Positions 1 to 9,778 are shown, counted from the first letter of the stretch. The stretch: 64,000 bases of DNA from an uncultured Verrucomicrobiae bacterium (GCA_963702845.1 OY969763.1:3616001-3680000); one strand, 5' to 3'. Numbers and translations: made by a program. Notes: generated from the letters alone by a model not told the origin.

Positions 1-755
1 CACCTTACGTCGCGATGACCCAGAAGCTGATCGACGCCTTCGCAAAAAACAACGGCGAGTTTGCAATTGAGCCAGACACTTCCAGCGCCAGCTACTTTGT
101 CGCGGCCAATTGGTTGGTGCGTTTGATCGCGCGCGAAAGTTTGGACCGCGAAGAATACAATTCCGAGAATTACCGGCACAAGCAGCGGGGCTATACGGAA
201 CTTTACAACCAACTGACGCTCGTCCATGTCACCGGTTTTCCAAAATCGGATTGGCAAATCGACACCGCGTTCGAGCATTTCATCCCGCTGCCAAAACAAA
301 TCTCGCGCCACACGGAGCTTGGTGACAGCATCATGACCGCCATGGTGCTCGCGCCCTTCGCAAATCAACCGACCACGTTCACAGACCTGCAAAATCTGCG
401 TCTGCAGGAATGTGATCGCGTCAGCGCCATGCAGACGGAACTGACCAAATGCGGCGTGCGGGTGGAGGTTTCCGGTGACGACTTGACCGTTTTTCCATCG
501 TCAAAGACATTGCACGGTGCTGAAATCGAGACCTATGATGACCATCGGATGGCAATGTGTTTTGCAATCTTCGGGTTGCGTGTTCCGGGGATTAGGTTAA
601 TAAATCCTTCGTGCGTGAAGAAAACATTTCCCAACTTCTTCCAGAAACTCGCGACCCCGGCGCCGGCAGGCCTTGGCGTGCAGATTCTGGACGCGGAAAC
701 GCAATTGGTTTTGTCGCCACAGGAGTTGGCAGTCAACCTGGAACAATCAACCTGA
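1..755 (+). CDS. aroA: 3-phosphoshikimate 1-carboxyvinyltransferase (EPSP synthase), 5' part outside the window
   Basis: EPDxSSASYF, LRLQECDRV and ETYDDHRMAMCF...CVKKTFPNFF C-terminal motifs; upstream of cmk. Confidence 0.9.
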   Translation, partial: PYVAMTQKLIDAFAKNNGEFAIEPDTSSASYFVAANWLVRLIARESLDREEYNSENYRHKQRGYTELYNQLTLVHVTGFPKSDWQIDTAFEHFIPLPKQISRHTELGDSIMTAMVLAPFANQPTTFTDLQNLRLQECDRVSAMQTELTKCGVRVEVSGDDLTVFPSSKTLHGAEIETYDDHRMAMCFAIFGLRVPGIRLINPSCVKKTFPNFFQKLATPAPAGLGVQILDAETQLVLSPQELAVNLEQST

Positions 756-761
756 CCGCCC

Positions 762-1439
762 GTGAACCAGCCCATCGTCATCGCGATCGACGGCACGAGT
801 GCCAGTGGCAAAAGCACCAACGCGCGGATTATTGCGCGCGAACTCGGCTACATCCATGTCGATACCGGCGCGATGTATCGCACCCTCGCCTGGTATTGCT
901 TGCAGAAGAAAGTGGACGTCGACGATGTCAAAGCTGTGTCCGCCTTTGCCGCAGTTGGAAGACCAGCCTGGAATGCGTCGACAATGAAATTTCCATTCTC
1001 GTCGAAGGTTACCATCCAGCCAAAGAGATTCGCACTGCTCAAGTCACCGAAGCGGTCAGTCCACATCGCCGCATACCCAAAAGTGCGCGATTGGATGAAA
1101 GCGAAGCAGCGCGAATGCGCGAAGTTCGGCAATCTCGTCATGGAAGGCCGCGACATCGGCACGAATGTCTTTCCAGAATCGGAATATAAATTTTACCTGG
1201 ATGCTTGCTTGAAGGAGCGCTCCAAGCGCCGCGCTGCCGACGGTGTGCAGGAAAACCTCGCTGCTCGCGATCAACGCGATAGCCAGCGCGCCAGCGCTCC
1301 GTTGATGGTCGCGCTAGGGGCGATGATCGTGAACACGTCTGAGATGACAGCTCAGCAATCCAGCGAAAAGATTCTGGCCGAAATCCGAAAGCGGCTCGCC
1401 GCCAATCAACAGGAGCGACTGGCCAGAGCACAGACGTGA
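762..1439 (+). CDS. cmk: cytidylate kinase (two compensating indels at about 940 and 1060)
   Basis: IAIDGTSASGKST, VDTGAMYR, VMEGRDIGT and RDQRDSQR motifs; the middle segment reads correctly in another frame (KEIRTAQVTEAVS). Confidence 0.9.
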   Translation: MNQPIVIAIDGTSASGKSTNARIIARELGYIHVDTGAMYRTLAWYCLQKKVDVDDVKAVSAFAAVGRPAWNASTMKFPFSSKVTIQPKRFALLKSPKRSVHIAAYPKVRDWMKAKQRECAKFGNLVMEGRDIGTNVFPESEYKFYLDACLKERSKRRAADGVQENLAARDQRDSQRASAPLMVALGAMIVNTSEMTAQQSSEKILAEIRKRLAANQQERLARAQT

Positions 1440-2074
1440 ACTTTTCCTATCGGCTCGGCTGGCACTTTTTTCGCGCGCTGTTCAAACTGTATTTCCGCTG
1501 GCGCGTCTACAATCCCGAACGCGTTCCGCTCGAAGGCCCGGTAATCCTTGCTGCCAATCACGCCAGTTTCATTGATCCGCCTCTCGTCGGAGCAGGACTG
1601 CCGCGCCTGGTCAATTATCTCGCTCGCGAATCGCTCTTTCACGTGCCTGTTCTCGCGGCCATTTTGCGTTCGTGGAAAGTCGTTCCGGTCGATCGCGACG
1701 CCGGGACCGGCCGCGGATTGAAAACCATCCTGCAGCGCCTTGCCCAGGGCGGCGCCATCATTCTGTTTCCAGAAGGCACACGATCGAAGGATGGCAATCT
1801 GCAACCGGCTCGTTCCGGCATCGGCTTAACGGTCATCAAGTCCAAAGCTCCGGTCGTGCCCGTGCGCGTATTCGGAACGTTCGAAGCTTATGGCCGGAAT
1901 AACAGATTCCCCCGCCCTCATCAATTGCAGGTGAAATACGGCAAGCCGTTGCTCTTCGAAAAAGAACGCGCCGAGGCGGAGAATTGCACCAAGGATCGCC
2001 TCAAACAAATCTACCAGGAAATCGCCAACACAATCATGCGCGAGATTTCCACGCTTGAGCCACGCACCGATTAA
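1436..2074 (+). CDS. plsC: 1-acyl-sn-glycerol-3-phosphate acyltransferase
   Basis: NHASFID and FPEGTRS motifs; overlaps the cmk stop. Confidence 0.9.
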   Translation: MNFSYRLGWHFFRALFKLYFRWRVYNPERVPLEGPVILAANHASFIDPPLVGAGLPRLVNYLARESLFHVPVLAAILRSWKVVPVDRDAGTGRGLKTILQRLAQGGAIILFPEGTRSKDGNLQPARSGIGLTVIKSKAPVVPVRVFGTFEAYGRNNRFPRPHQLQVKYGKPLLFEKERAEAENCTKDRLKQIYQEIANTIMREISTLEPRTD

Positions 2075-3318
2075 AGCGCCGCTGCAACTGCCGATGGCGG
2101 CACGGCTTTTTCTTCGCGTGTGCCGAGATTTTTCACTTTCGCAATGAGCGCGCCCTGCTCATCCGCTTCGATCTTCACCGTATACCGCGCTTTCAACTCC
2201 ATCGCCCGTTTGAATTGCTTGTCGGACTTCGCAGGCGTGAATGAGTATTCGACCGCATGGCCGCCATCGCGCAATTTCTGCACCAAATCGAGCGATGTGT
2301 TCCGCAACGCTTCGTCCTCAATCATGACAAAAACGGCGATTTTGGAATCGAACTGCGGGAGCAAGCCACGCTCCTTCAGCAATTCCAGCAGCACGACGTC
2401 GCCCATTCCAAAGCCGAGCGCCGGCGAATCCACTTTGCCGCCGCTGATGAGCTTCACGAGATTGTCATAACGACCACCACCAGCGATGGCGCGAAACTCG
2501 CCTTTCCGATCGAACGCTTCGAATACGACACCGGTGTAATACGCGAGACCGCGAATGACGTGGTAGTCGATTTTCACGTAGTCACCCAGACCACGCGCCT
2601 GCAAGTTTTTGACGATCACGTCCAGCTCCGGCGTCGGCTCACCGCTCTTGATGAAGTCGTTCACTTCTTGCAACGAGATACCGACGGCAGCCAGCTTTTT
2701 TTCGCTTTCTTCGGGCACATCGCGCTCGAGCTTGTCGATGGCTTGATAAAACGCGTAGGCCTGCTCCGGCTTGCCATTGCGTTTCTGAAAAAAATCCTGC
2801 CACGCATTGCGGCTGCTGAGGCGAATGACGAAATCGTCCGCCTTCAACCCGAAACCTCGCAACGAATCAATCAACAAGGCCAGCAATTCCGCGTCCGATG
2901 AGCTGTCGCTTTCGCCGAGAATGTCGGCGTTAAATTGAAAGTGTTCGCGCAGACGGCCCTTCTGTTGCCTCTCGTAACGGAAGAGTTGTGGAACCGCGAA
3001 CCACTTCACCGGCTTTTTGTAATTGCGCTCGTGCGCTGCAAACATGCGGGCCAAGGTCGGCGTCATCTCCGGCCGCAACGAAACGGCGCGTTCGCCTTTG
3101 TCCGTAAAATTGTAAAGCTGACCAACGATTTCCTCGCCGCTCTTGAGCGTGTAAAGTTCCAACGGCTCAATCGGCGGACCATCGTATTCGCGAAACCCGT
3201 AGCGACGGGCGACATTGCGCCAGGTGTCGAAGATGTATTGGCGCGCGTCGGCGCTCCAGACGTCCTTGTGGGGCAAGGGTTCCGGATAGAAATCGCGAAA
3301 GCCGGGCAGTCGTTCCAT
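2071..3318 (-). CDS. hisS: histidine--tRNA ligase
   Basis: LRPEMTP, FRYERQQKGRLREHFQ, RGLAYYTG and GGGRYD motifs. Confidence 0.97.
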   Translation of the reverse strand: MERLPGFRDFYPEPLPHKDVWSADARQYIFDTWRNVARRYGFREYDGPPIEPLELYTLKSGEEIVGQLYNFTDKGERAVSLRPEMTPTLARMFAAHERNYKKPVKWFAVPQLFRYERQQKGRLREHFQFNADILGESDSSSDAELLALLIDSLRGFGLKADDFVIRLSSRNAWQDFFQKRNGKPEQAYAFYQAIDKLERDVPEESEKKLAAVGISLQEVNDFIKSGEPTPELDVIVKNLQARGLGDYVKIDYHVIRGLAYYTGVVFEAFDRKGEFRAIAGGGRYDNLVKLISGGKVDSPALGFGMGDVVLLELLKERGLLPQFDSKIAVFVMIEDEALRNTSLDLVQKLRDGGHAVEYSFTPAKSDKQFKRAMELKARYTVKIEADEQGALIAKVKNLGTREEKAVPPSAVAAAL

Positions 3319-3423
3319 ATCAGACGTTCCAAAAAGCCAGAAAACCTGTGTTTTGAGAATACAAATCGTCAGCGAACCTGATTTCTCGCGAAGGACGCAA
3401 GGGGTTCTCGATAAAATTCAAAA

Positions 3424-3665
3424 ATGTTTCCCATTCCTTCCCTTTCTTTCCCATTCCTTCTCTTTGGAGAAACATGGAGAAACATCCGAGAAGAGTTGGA
3501 GAAACTTCGGAGAAACTCTTTAGCGATAAAGTTGCCCCAATGTTTCTCCGTTGCGGCTTCTTGCGAAAGCCTGCGAAAAATAAAAATTATTTTTTTTGGC
3601 GTTATGAGCCGTTATAAAGCGTTATGAACCGTTATGACCCGCTTTGAGGCGTTACAGGCGTAACG
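3424..3665 (-). repeat. cluster of different short direct repeats phased at 10-11 bp (hisS upstream region)
   Basis: TTCCC/TTCTC at 3428/38/48/58; GGAGAAAC at 3466/76/98/3509; TGCG at 3552/62/72; GTTA-like unit every 10 bp from 3601 to 3651. Confidence 0.85.
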
Positions 3666-3807
3666 GATGATGTCGTAGCAACTTTGTATGCGTCCAAATT
3701 CGTCGGCAGGTAACAAAAAAGTTGCGCTGCCCGGTTTCCATACACTGCTTCCGTGTCGGCTCGGGTCTGCAAAACACCCCTGGCGTCGTGTCGATCCCTG
3801 GTTCCCG

Positions 3808-3870
3808 TGTCAAAGAGCACCAAGCAAAGCTTGGAACCACCTTGTTAAGGTGGATGCTGCCATTTTAGCA
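3808..3870 (-). promoter_or_regulatory. extended -10 promoter, two hairpins and boxA-like antitermination element
   Basis: minus strand: TGCTAAAAT (3870-3862), hairpins CCACCTT..AAGGTGG (3853-3837) and CCAAGC..GCTTGG (3834-3820), then TGCTCTTTGACA (3819-3808), 11/12 to E. coli rrn boxA TGCTCTTTAACA. Confidence 0.6.
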
Positions 3871-3903
3871 GCGGCTGTATATTATAATGAAGTAGCGGCT
3901 TAG

Positions 3904-4404
3904 TCAAATCGTTTTGCGTTCTTTGAGCAATGCTTCGAGATCGAGGGGATGGGTGAACATCTGGAGGTTGCCTTGTGCGTCGCGGGGCCATTCAGCCTGT
4001 GGACGGTCCCAGTAGAGTTCGACGCCGTTGTTGTCGGGGTCGCGGAGATAGAGGGCTTGGCTGACGCCGTGGTCGGAGGCGCCTTGGAGTTGGATTCCGG
4101 CAGCGATGAGCCTGCTCAAGGCGTCGGCGAGTTCGGCGCGCGTCGGATAGAGAATAGCCACATGATAAAGGCCGGTCGTGCCGTCGGCGGGTGGCCGGCC
4201 GTCTTTGCTCTCCCAGGTGTTGAGGCCGATGTGATGATGGTAGCCGCCGGCGGAGAGGAATGCGGCTTGTGTGCCGTAACGTTGGGTGAGTTGGAATCCA
4301 AGGATATCGCGATAGAAAGCGAGGGCGCGATCGAGGTCGGCGACCTTCAAATGAACGTGGCCGATTCGGACGTCGGGATGGATCGTTTTTGCGGTCGTTT
4401 GCAT
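3904..4404 (-). CDS. VOC/glyoxalase family protein (CatE-like)
   Basis: IGHVHLKVADL, GGYHHHIGLNTW, DHGVSQALYLRDPDNNGVELY. Confidence 0.9.
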   Translation of the reverse strand: MQTTAKTIHPDVRIGHVHLKVADLDRALAFYRDILGFQLTQRYGTQAAFLSAGGYHHHIGLNTWESKDGRPPADGTTGLYHVAILYPTRAELADALSRLIAAGIQLQGASDHGVSQALYLRDPDNNGVELYWDRPQAEWPRDAQGNLQMFTHPLDLEALLKERKTI

Positions 4405-4458
4405 GACAGGTGCAAGTTGGTGTCAACGGTGGGCTGGGTCAAATGAGGCGTGGTGGAG

Positions 4459-4690
4459 GTCGAAAGTCGAAAGTCGAGGGTCGAGGGCTAAGGACGGAAC
4501 GAACTGAAGGCGCGGAGGTTTCACAGAAGGGAACGAAGTGGGACCGCGAAATGCGCTAAATGCGCTAAATGCGCGAATGGATTCAGTTGGATGAGAGTAG
4601 AACTAACCGCTGAACCGCTGAAAGGGATGGCCGCGAAAAGGCACAGAAGGCGCACAAGGGATTATTTGGAAATCAGGAACTCAGGAAATG
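4459..4690. repeat. mosaic of 7-9 bp tandem repeats at the island boundary
   Basis: (GTCGAAA)2(GTCGAGG)2, (AAATGCGCT)3-like, (AACCGCTG)2, GGAAATCAGGAACTCAGGAAAT. Confidence 0.75.
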
Positions 4691-4822
4691 GTTGTGGTCG
4701 ATAGTCGAAGCCAAAGTCACTGCATTGGATGTTCAGTGTGTGTGTTTTACAGCAACAAAAATCCTTTCACTTTCCCACCCCGTCGCGTAAGACATTCCAG
4801 GACTCCGGCGAATCAACCAAAC

Positions 4823-5065
4823 GTGAACAACGACTCTAATTCCAAATCCAAAAAGATTTCCGACGGTTCAGCCTTTGAATTGGAAGCACAGCTTTGGGCC
4901 GCAGCCGAGAAAATCCGCGATTTCATTCTCGCCAACTTGCCATTCAACATGAGCGATTGGGGCGACGAAAATCTCCGTCAGGAAATGCGCTGGAAGTTCG
5001 GGATGCTGTCCCGCCTTTCCGCGCTGCTGTCGGACGAGTTGCGCGTAAAGGAGGCTTATGCCTGA
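4823..5065 (+). pseudogene. collapsed type I restriction-modification remnant (hsdM N-terminus + hsdM motif IV region + hsdS C-terminus)
   Basis: [12 protein letters not shown] (HsdM N-term-like) joined to [15 protein letters not shown] (NPPF motif region) joined to [11 protein letters not shown] (HsdS C-term-like). Confidence 0.75.
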
Positions 5066-6047
5066 AGCACAAAAACGACATCGCCGAATGTTTTCGGTAA
5101 GTCACGAACTCGTCGAAAAATCGCGAGAGGCGGCCTTGGCGGCTGTTCAGATCTTCAACAATCCTCAAGTCACTTTCAAATCAGAGATATTCATCGTTTT
5201 GATGAACATCGCGTGGACATATCTTTTACATGGCTACTACCGAAAAAAAGGGATTGAGTATCGCTACTTTGAATTGAAAGGCAAAATCCGCCGATTCGAT
5301 CATACCAAGGCTGGTGCTTACAAATATTGGGAGCTAGAACGCTGCTTGAACGAGAAAAACAGCCCTGTAGATAAAGATACGTCGAACAACCTTGGATTTC
5401 TAATTGGGATACGGCACGAAATTGAGCATCAAATGACAACTCGAATTGATGCCTCGCTAAGCGCGAAATTCCAAGCCTGTTGCCTAAACTACAACGATTA
5501 CGTCAAAAAGCTTTTTGGTAACGAGTTGGGCATTGATAAGCATCTTGCGTTCAGCCTGCAGTTCTCTTCCATTTCTCGTGAACAAGCGGACACGTTAGGA
5601 GCCGCATCGAACCTCCCCAGCCATATCAAAAGCTTTGTCGATGGTTTTGAAGGCAAACTTTCGGATGAAGAGTTTAACAGCCCCAAGTTTGCCTATCGCG
5701 TGCTGTTTGTGGCAAAAACCGCAAATCGTAAGGGACAAGCCGATCAGGTGGTCGAATTTGTGAAGTCTGATAGCGAACTGGCAAAGCAAGTTAACGCGAC
5801 ATATGTCATCACAAAAGAGACAGAGCGACAGAAATATCGGCCGGGAAAAATTGTCGCCATAATGCAGAAAGATGGTTTCAAGGCTTTCAATATGCACGAA
5901 CACACGGAATTCTGGAAAGCCGAAGATGCAAAAATGGATGGGAAAGGTTTCGGTGTGTTAGTCGAAGATTGCTGGTATTGGTACGAACCTTGGCTCGAAA
6001 AAGTGCGAGAGCATTGCAAAGCAAATGAAGCCCATTACAAACAATAA
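5058..6047 (+). CDS. DUF3644-family protein with HEPN-like RxxxxH motif (putative defence effector)
   Basis: [16 protein letters not shown]...[20 protein letters not shown]-terminus; RHEIEH motif; visibly AT-richer than the flanks. Confidence 0.7.
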   Translation: MPEAQKRHRRMFSVSHELVEKSREAALAAVQIFNNPQVTFKSEIFIVLMNIAWTYLLHGYYRKKGIEYRYFELKGKIRRFDHTKAGAYKYWELERCLNEKNSPVDKDTSNNLGFLIGIRHEIEHQMTTRIDASLSAKFQACCLNYNDYVKKLFGNELGIDKHLAFSLQFSSISREQADTLGAASNLPSHIKSFVDGFEGKLSDEEFNSPKFAYRVLFVAKTANRKGQADQVVEFVKSDSELAKQVNATYVITKETERQKYRPGKIVAIMQKDGFKAFNMHEHTEFWKAEDAKMDGKGFGVLVEDCWYWYEPWLEKVREHCKANEAHYKQ

Positions 6048-6109
6048 TTCCAGCAGGCTAGCGCTGCCCTCGAGCGAGTTGCGCGCGCCCAAACTTCAGA
6101 ACTGAGTCC

Positions 6110-8205
6110 ATGCCGTACAATCCTACACGTGCTCTCCAACTCCTGCGCCTCGGCACGCAGAATCCCGCTGCCGCCTTCCATGACAGGCAGGAAGCAGCCA
6201 TAGAACATGTGGTGGACGGCCGCGGGCGTTTATTGGTTGTACAAAAGACTGGCTGGGGCAAAAGCTCGGTATATTTCATTGCGACCAAGCTGCTGCGTGA
6301 AGACGGGCTTGGACCGGCCATATTGATTTCGCCACTGCTGGCTTTGATGCGGAATCAAATTGCAGCGGCAGAACGGATGGGTGTTCGTGCTGTGACCATC
6401 CACTCCGGAAATCGTGACGAGTGGAATACATTGAGACGGCCATAGCTCGAAACGAAGTAGATATCCTCCTCATCCACCCGAAGCGTCTGATGAACGAACA
6501 GTTCAACACTCAGGTGCTGGCTCGAATCGCTGGAACCGTTTCGATGTTGGTCATAGATGAAGCTCATTGCATTTCGGATTGGGGCCATGATTTTGTTCCC
6601 GAGTATCGCCTCATTGAGCGACGGATTCGGCTGCTACCGCAGAATCTGCGCGTGCTGGCAACCACTGCGACCGCAAACAACCGAGTGATGGAGGACTTGG
6701 AAACGGTGCTCGGGCCGAATCTGGCAGTGTTGCGTGGGGATCTGAGCCGTTCTACTTTGCTGTTGCAAACCATGCGAATGCCAAGTCAGGCAGAGCGGCT
6801 GGCGTGGCTTGCAACCCACCTCCCGAACATCCCAGGCAGCGGCATCATCTACGCGCTGACGCAACGTGACGCCGAGTGCGTAGCTGCGTGGCTGAAATTG
6901 CGCGGACTGGCTGTAGAGGCATACCACAGCGGTCTCGCACCAGAACACACTAATGCCTTGGAAGACGGACTCCTCGCGAATGAGGTAAAAGCATTGGTTG
7001 CCACCACCAAGCTTGGCATGGGCTTCGACAAACCAGACCTTGCCTTCGTGATTCACTACCAGACGCCCGGTTCGGTCGTTGCTTACTACCAACAGGTGGG
7101 CCGTGCCGGACGAAATCTTCCTGCCGCACTTCCTGGAGCGCACGCAGTATTACTGAGCGGCAGAGAAGAGACCGATATCACAAATTATTTCATCGGGAGT
7201 GCCTTTCCCACAAGGGACGAAGTGGCGGCTGTGTTGGCCGCACTCGCTACGGAAGCGGAAGGTCTTTCAATAAACGGATTGATGGAGCGGGTGAATGTTA
7301 GCTACGGAAGAATCGAGAAAGCGCTGTTGCTCATGTCGCTGGAATCGCCTGCGCCGATTGCCAAGCAGGATAGCAAATGGACGTTAACAGCATCGAATCT
7401 GAGCGAGGAATTCTGGCAACGTGCCGAACGATTGACTGCACTACGCCGAACCGAACAGTCACAGATGCAGGAATATGTTCAGATTCAGAACGGCCACATG
7501 GAGTTTCTGATACGTGCGCTTGATGGTGATCCCAGTCTGTATCATCCCCCCAATCTCGCGCCGCTATCAGCGACCGTAAGCGCAATTATCGCAAGAGATG
7601 CTGTGGCATTCCTACGGCGAACAAGTCTTCCCCTGGAACCTCGCAAAAAATGGCCGCCGGGAGGTCTCGCGAGTATCGGCGTGCGTGGTAATACAAACAT
7701 AGCGCCGGAGCAGAATCTACGGTCAGGAAAAATTCTGTGCATGTGGGGAGACGCCGGTTGGGGCGAGTTGGTTCGCTTAGGGAAGTATCACGATGGCCAT
7801 TTCTCAGACGATCTGGTGACCGCCTGTGCGACTCTGGTTCGGGAATGGTCACCCGTCCCTGCACCGCAATGGGTGACGAGCATTCCTTCTCTTCGCCATC
7901 CAAACCTCGTGCCAGACTTCGCGCGACGCCTCGCCGCCGCCTTGAATTTGCCATTCCAGCCCGTGCTGCAAAAGTCAGACATGCGCCCGCCGCAAAAAGA
8001 GATGGCGAACAGCAGCCAGCAGGCACGGAACGTGGACGGCTCTCTACGGATTCAGGGCAATGTGCCGACGGGTCCTGTGCTGCTAGTGGATGATATGGTA
8101 GATTCAAAGTGGACTTTGACGGTTGCCGCTTATCTTTTAACCTCAAACGGCAGCGGGCCGGTGTATCCTTTGGCACTGGCTTCAACTGCAAACTCTGACG
8201 AATGA
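6110..8205 (+). CDS. RecQ-family helicase with C-terminal phosphoribosyltransferase domain (PsyrT/RqlH-like); 1-bp frameshift near 6424
   Basis: TGWGKS, SPLLALMRNQ, DEAHCISDWGHDF, LGMGFDKPD, YYQQVGRAGR; C-terminal VLLVDDMVDSKWT; ORFs 6110..6445 and 6421..8205. Confidence 0.9.
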
Positions 8206-9491
8206 TCGAGCCGCTTACACCAAATACGCAAGCCATCCTGTTACTGACCGCCCCGCTGATCGCCGGACGCAGTGATTCATCGCGCGATCTGCTTACCTTG
8301 GGCGAATACAACCGGCTCGCCCGCATTCTGCGGGAGAAGCAGAAGCAGCCCGCCGATTTGATCGGACCAGACGCAGAGGAGTTAATCGGGCTTTGTGCGC
8401 AGCCTTTTGGCAGGGCGCGATTGGACGCGCTGCTCGGGCGAGGGTTTTTGCTCAGTCAGGCAGTGGAGCGGTGGAACACACGGGCGATTTGGGTAATCAG
8501 CCGGGCGGATTCACGTTATCCCAAGCGTCTGAAAGCACGGCTCAAGGAAGACGCTCCGCCGCTGCTTTATGGCTGCGGCGAAATTGCTTTGCTGGAAAAA
8601 GGCGGTTTGGCGGTCGTCGGTTCGCGACATGTGGATGACGAACTCATCAGTTTCACAGAGGATGTGGGGCGGCTTGCGGCAAAGGCGCACCGAACCATCA
8701 TCTCCGGCGGAGCGAAAGGAATTGATCGGGCAGCAATGCATGGCGCTGTACTCGCGGACGGCGATGTCGCAGGCGTAATGGCGGACAGTTTGGAACGGGC
8801 AGCGTTGGCGCGAGATAATCGGGAGCCTTTGATGGAGGGCCGACTGATTCTAATTTCTCCTTATGATCCGGCAGCGGGATTTAATGTGGGGCACGCGATG
8901 CAGCGCAATAAGGTCATCTACGCACTTGCCGATGCGGCTTTAGTGGTGACTTCAGATTTTGAAAAGGGAGGCACTTGGACGGGGGCGATAGAGCAGCTTG
9001 AACGTTTTCATTTTGTTCCGGTATTTGTGCGGAATGGAAGCAATGCTGGGCGTGGAAACTCGGCGCTCATCCAGCATGGTGGGTCGCCATGGCCGAATCC
9101 GAAGGATGCAGAAGAACTAGGTCAGATGCTTTCGGCAGCACTGGAATCGGTGGCTGCGGAACCGAAACAGGAAGCGCTTTCATTCGCGCTCAAGGAGCAA
9201 CCAATTGTTTACAGGGCCTCGGCCAAGGCAGTCGAGCCTGCCACCATCGATGATGCGCCCAAAGTAAGTTCGTCCCCAGCCGAAGAACTTTTCAAAACCG
9301 TGCGAGAGATACTGAGACGGGAACTTGTGGTTGGCCAAACTGAAGCGGAGATCGTGAGTTTGTTAGATGTCACCAAGTCCCAAGCAAAGGAGTGGCTGAC
9401 CAAACTGATGAAAGAAGGAACGATCGAGAAAGTCAAAAAAACCAAGCCAGTTCAATATCGGGCATCAACGGTCTCTGACCGGCTGCTTTAA
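8202..9491 (+). CDS. DprA/Smf-like protein with C-terminal HTH (PsyrA/RqlI-like)
   Basis: YPKRLK..APPLLYG, AVVGSR, ISGGAKGID, AMQRNKVIY, GGTWTGA; overlaps the helicase stop. Confidence 0.9.
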   Translation: MIEPLTPNTQAILLLTAPLIAGRSDSSRDLLTLGEYNRLARILREKQKQPADLIGPDAEELIGLCAQPFGRARLDALLGRGFLLSQAVERWNTRAIWVISRADSRYPKRLKARLKEDAPPLLYGCGEIALLEKGGLAVVGSRHVDDELISFTEDVGRLAAKAHRTIISGGAKGIDRAAMHGAVLADGDVAGVMADSLERAALARDNREPLMEGRLILISPYDPAAGFNVGHAMQRNKVIYALADAALVVTSDFEKGGTWTGAIEQLERFHFVPVFVRNGSNAGRGNSALIQHGGSPWPNPKDAEELGQMLSAALESVAAEPKQEALSFALKEQPIVYRASAKAVEPATIDDAPKVSSSPAEELFKTVREILRRELVVGQTEAEIVSLLDVTKSQAKEWLTKLMKEGTIEKVKKTKPVQYRASTVSDRLL

Positions 9492-9590
9492 TGAGCTGGG
9501 AACATTTGCCGATTGAAATTGACTACAAGAACACCGCAGGTCGGCCCAAAACAAGCCCGACTCCTCTGCGCTGAGTAGGCTGGTTAAAAT

Positions 9591-9633
9591 AAAAACCCAC
9601 GGATTACGAAAAAACGCAATCCGTGGTTTGGAA
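9591..9633 (-). terminator. intrinsic terminator-like hairpin (copy 2) downstream of tsf
   Basis: CCACGGATT..AATCCGTGG stem with an adjacent A-run on the plus strand. Confidence 0.6.
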
Positions 9634-9671
9634 ATGAACCTGCGGCGCGCGGCGGAACGCCGCCCGAACTC

Positions 9672-9693
9672 GCAGGCGGGACGCCTGCGCTAC
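9672..9693 (-). repeat. GTAG-type REP palindrome
   Basis: minus strand GTAGC-GCAGGCGTCCCGCCTGC hairpin. Confidence 0.65.
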
Positions 9694-9697
9694 CCAC

Positions 9698-9738
9698 AAA
9701 AAAACCACGGAGCGCTAAATGCGATCCGTGGTTTGGAA
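9698..9738 (-). terminator. intrinsic terminator of rpsB-tsf
   Basis: AAACCACGGA..TCCGTGGTTT stem followed by a T-run on the minus strand. Confidence 0.75.
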
Positions 9739-9778
9739 TTGTTTATCGGAACCGCTTGCTGACGCGCGCAGCTCTGTT

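Noticed and set aside
935..1065. Out-of-frame middle segment of cmk (programmed frameshift or pseudogene?)
   Set aside because: Two compensating single-base indels in a conserved gene, with similar breaks throughout the window, fit sequencing error better.
3424..3665. CRISPR array or T-box leader
   Set aside because: Units are 10 bp with no unique spacers, there are no cas genes, and no T-box consensus or specifier stem is recognisable.
6400..6490. Split RecQ helicase as a two-gene system
   Set aside because: One extra base restores EWEYIETA; more likely an indel error.
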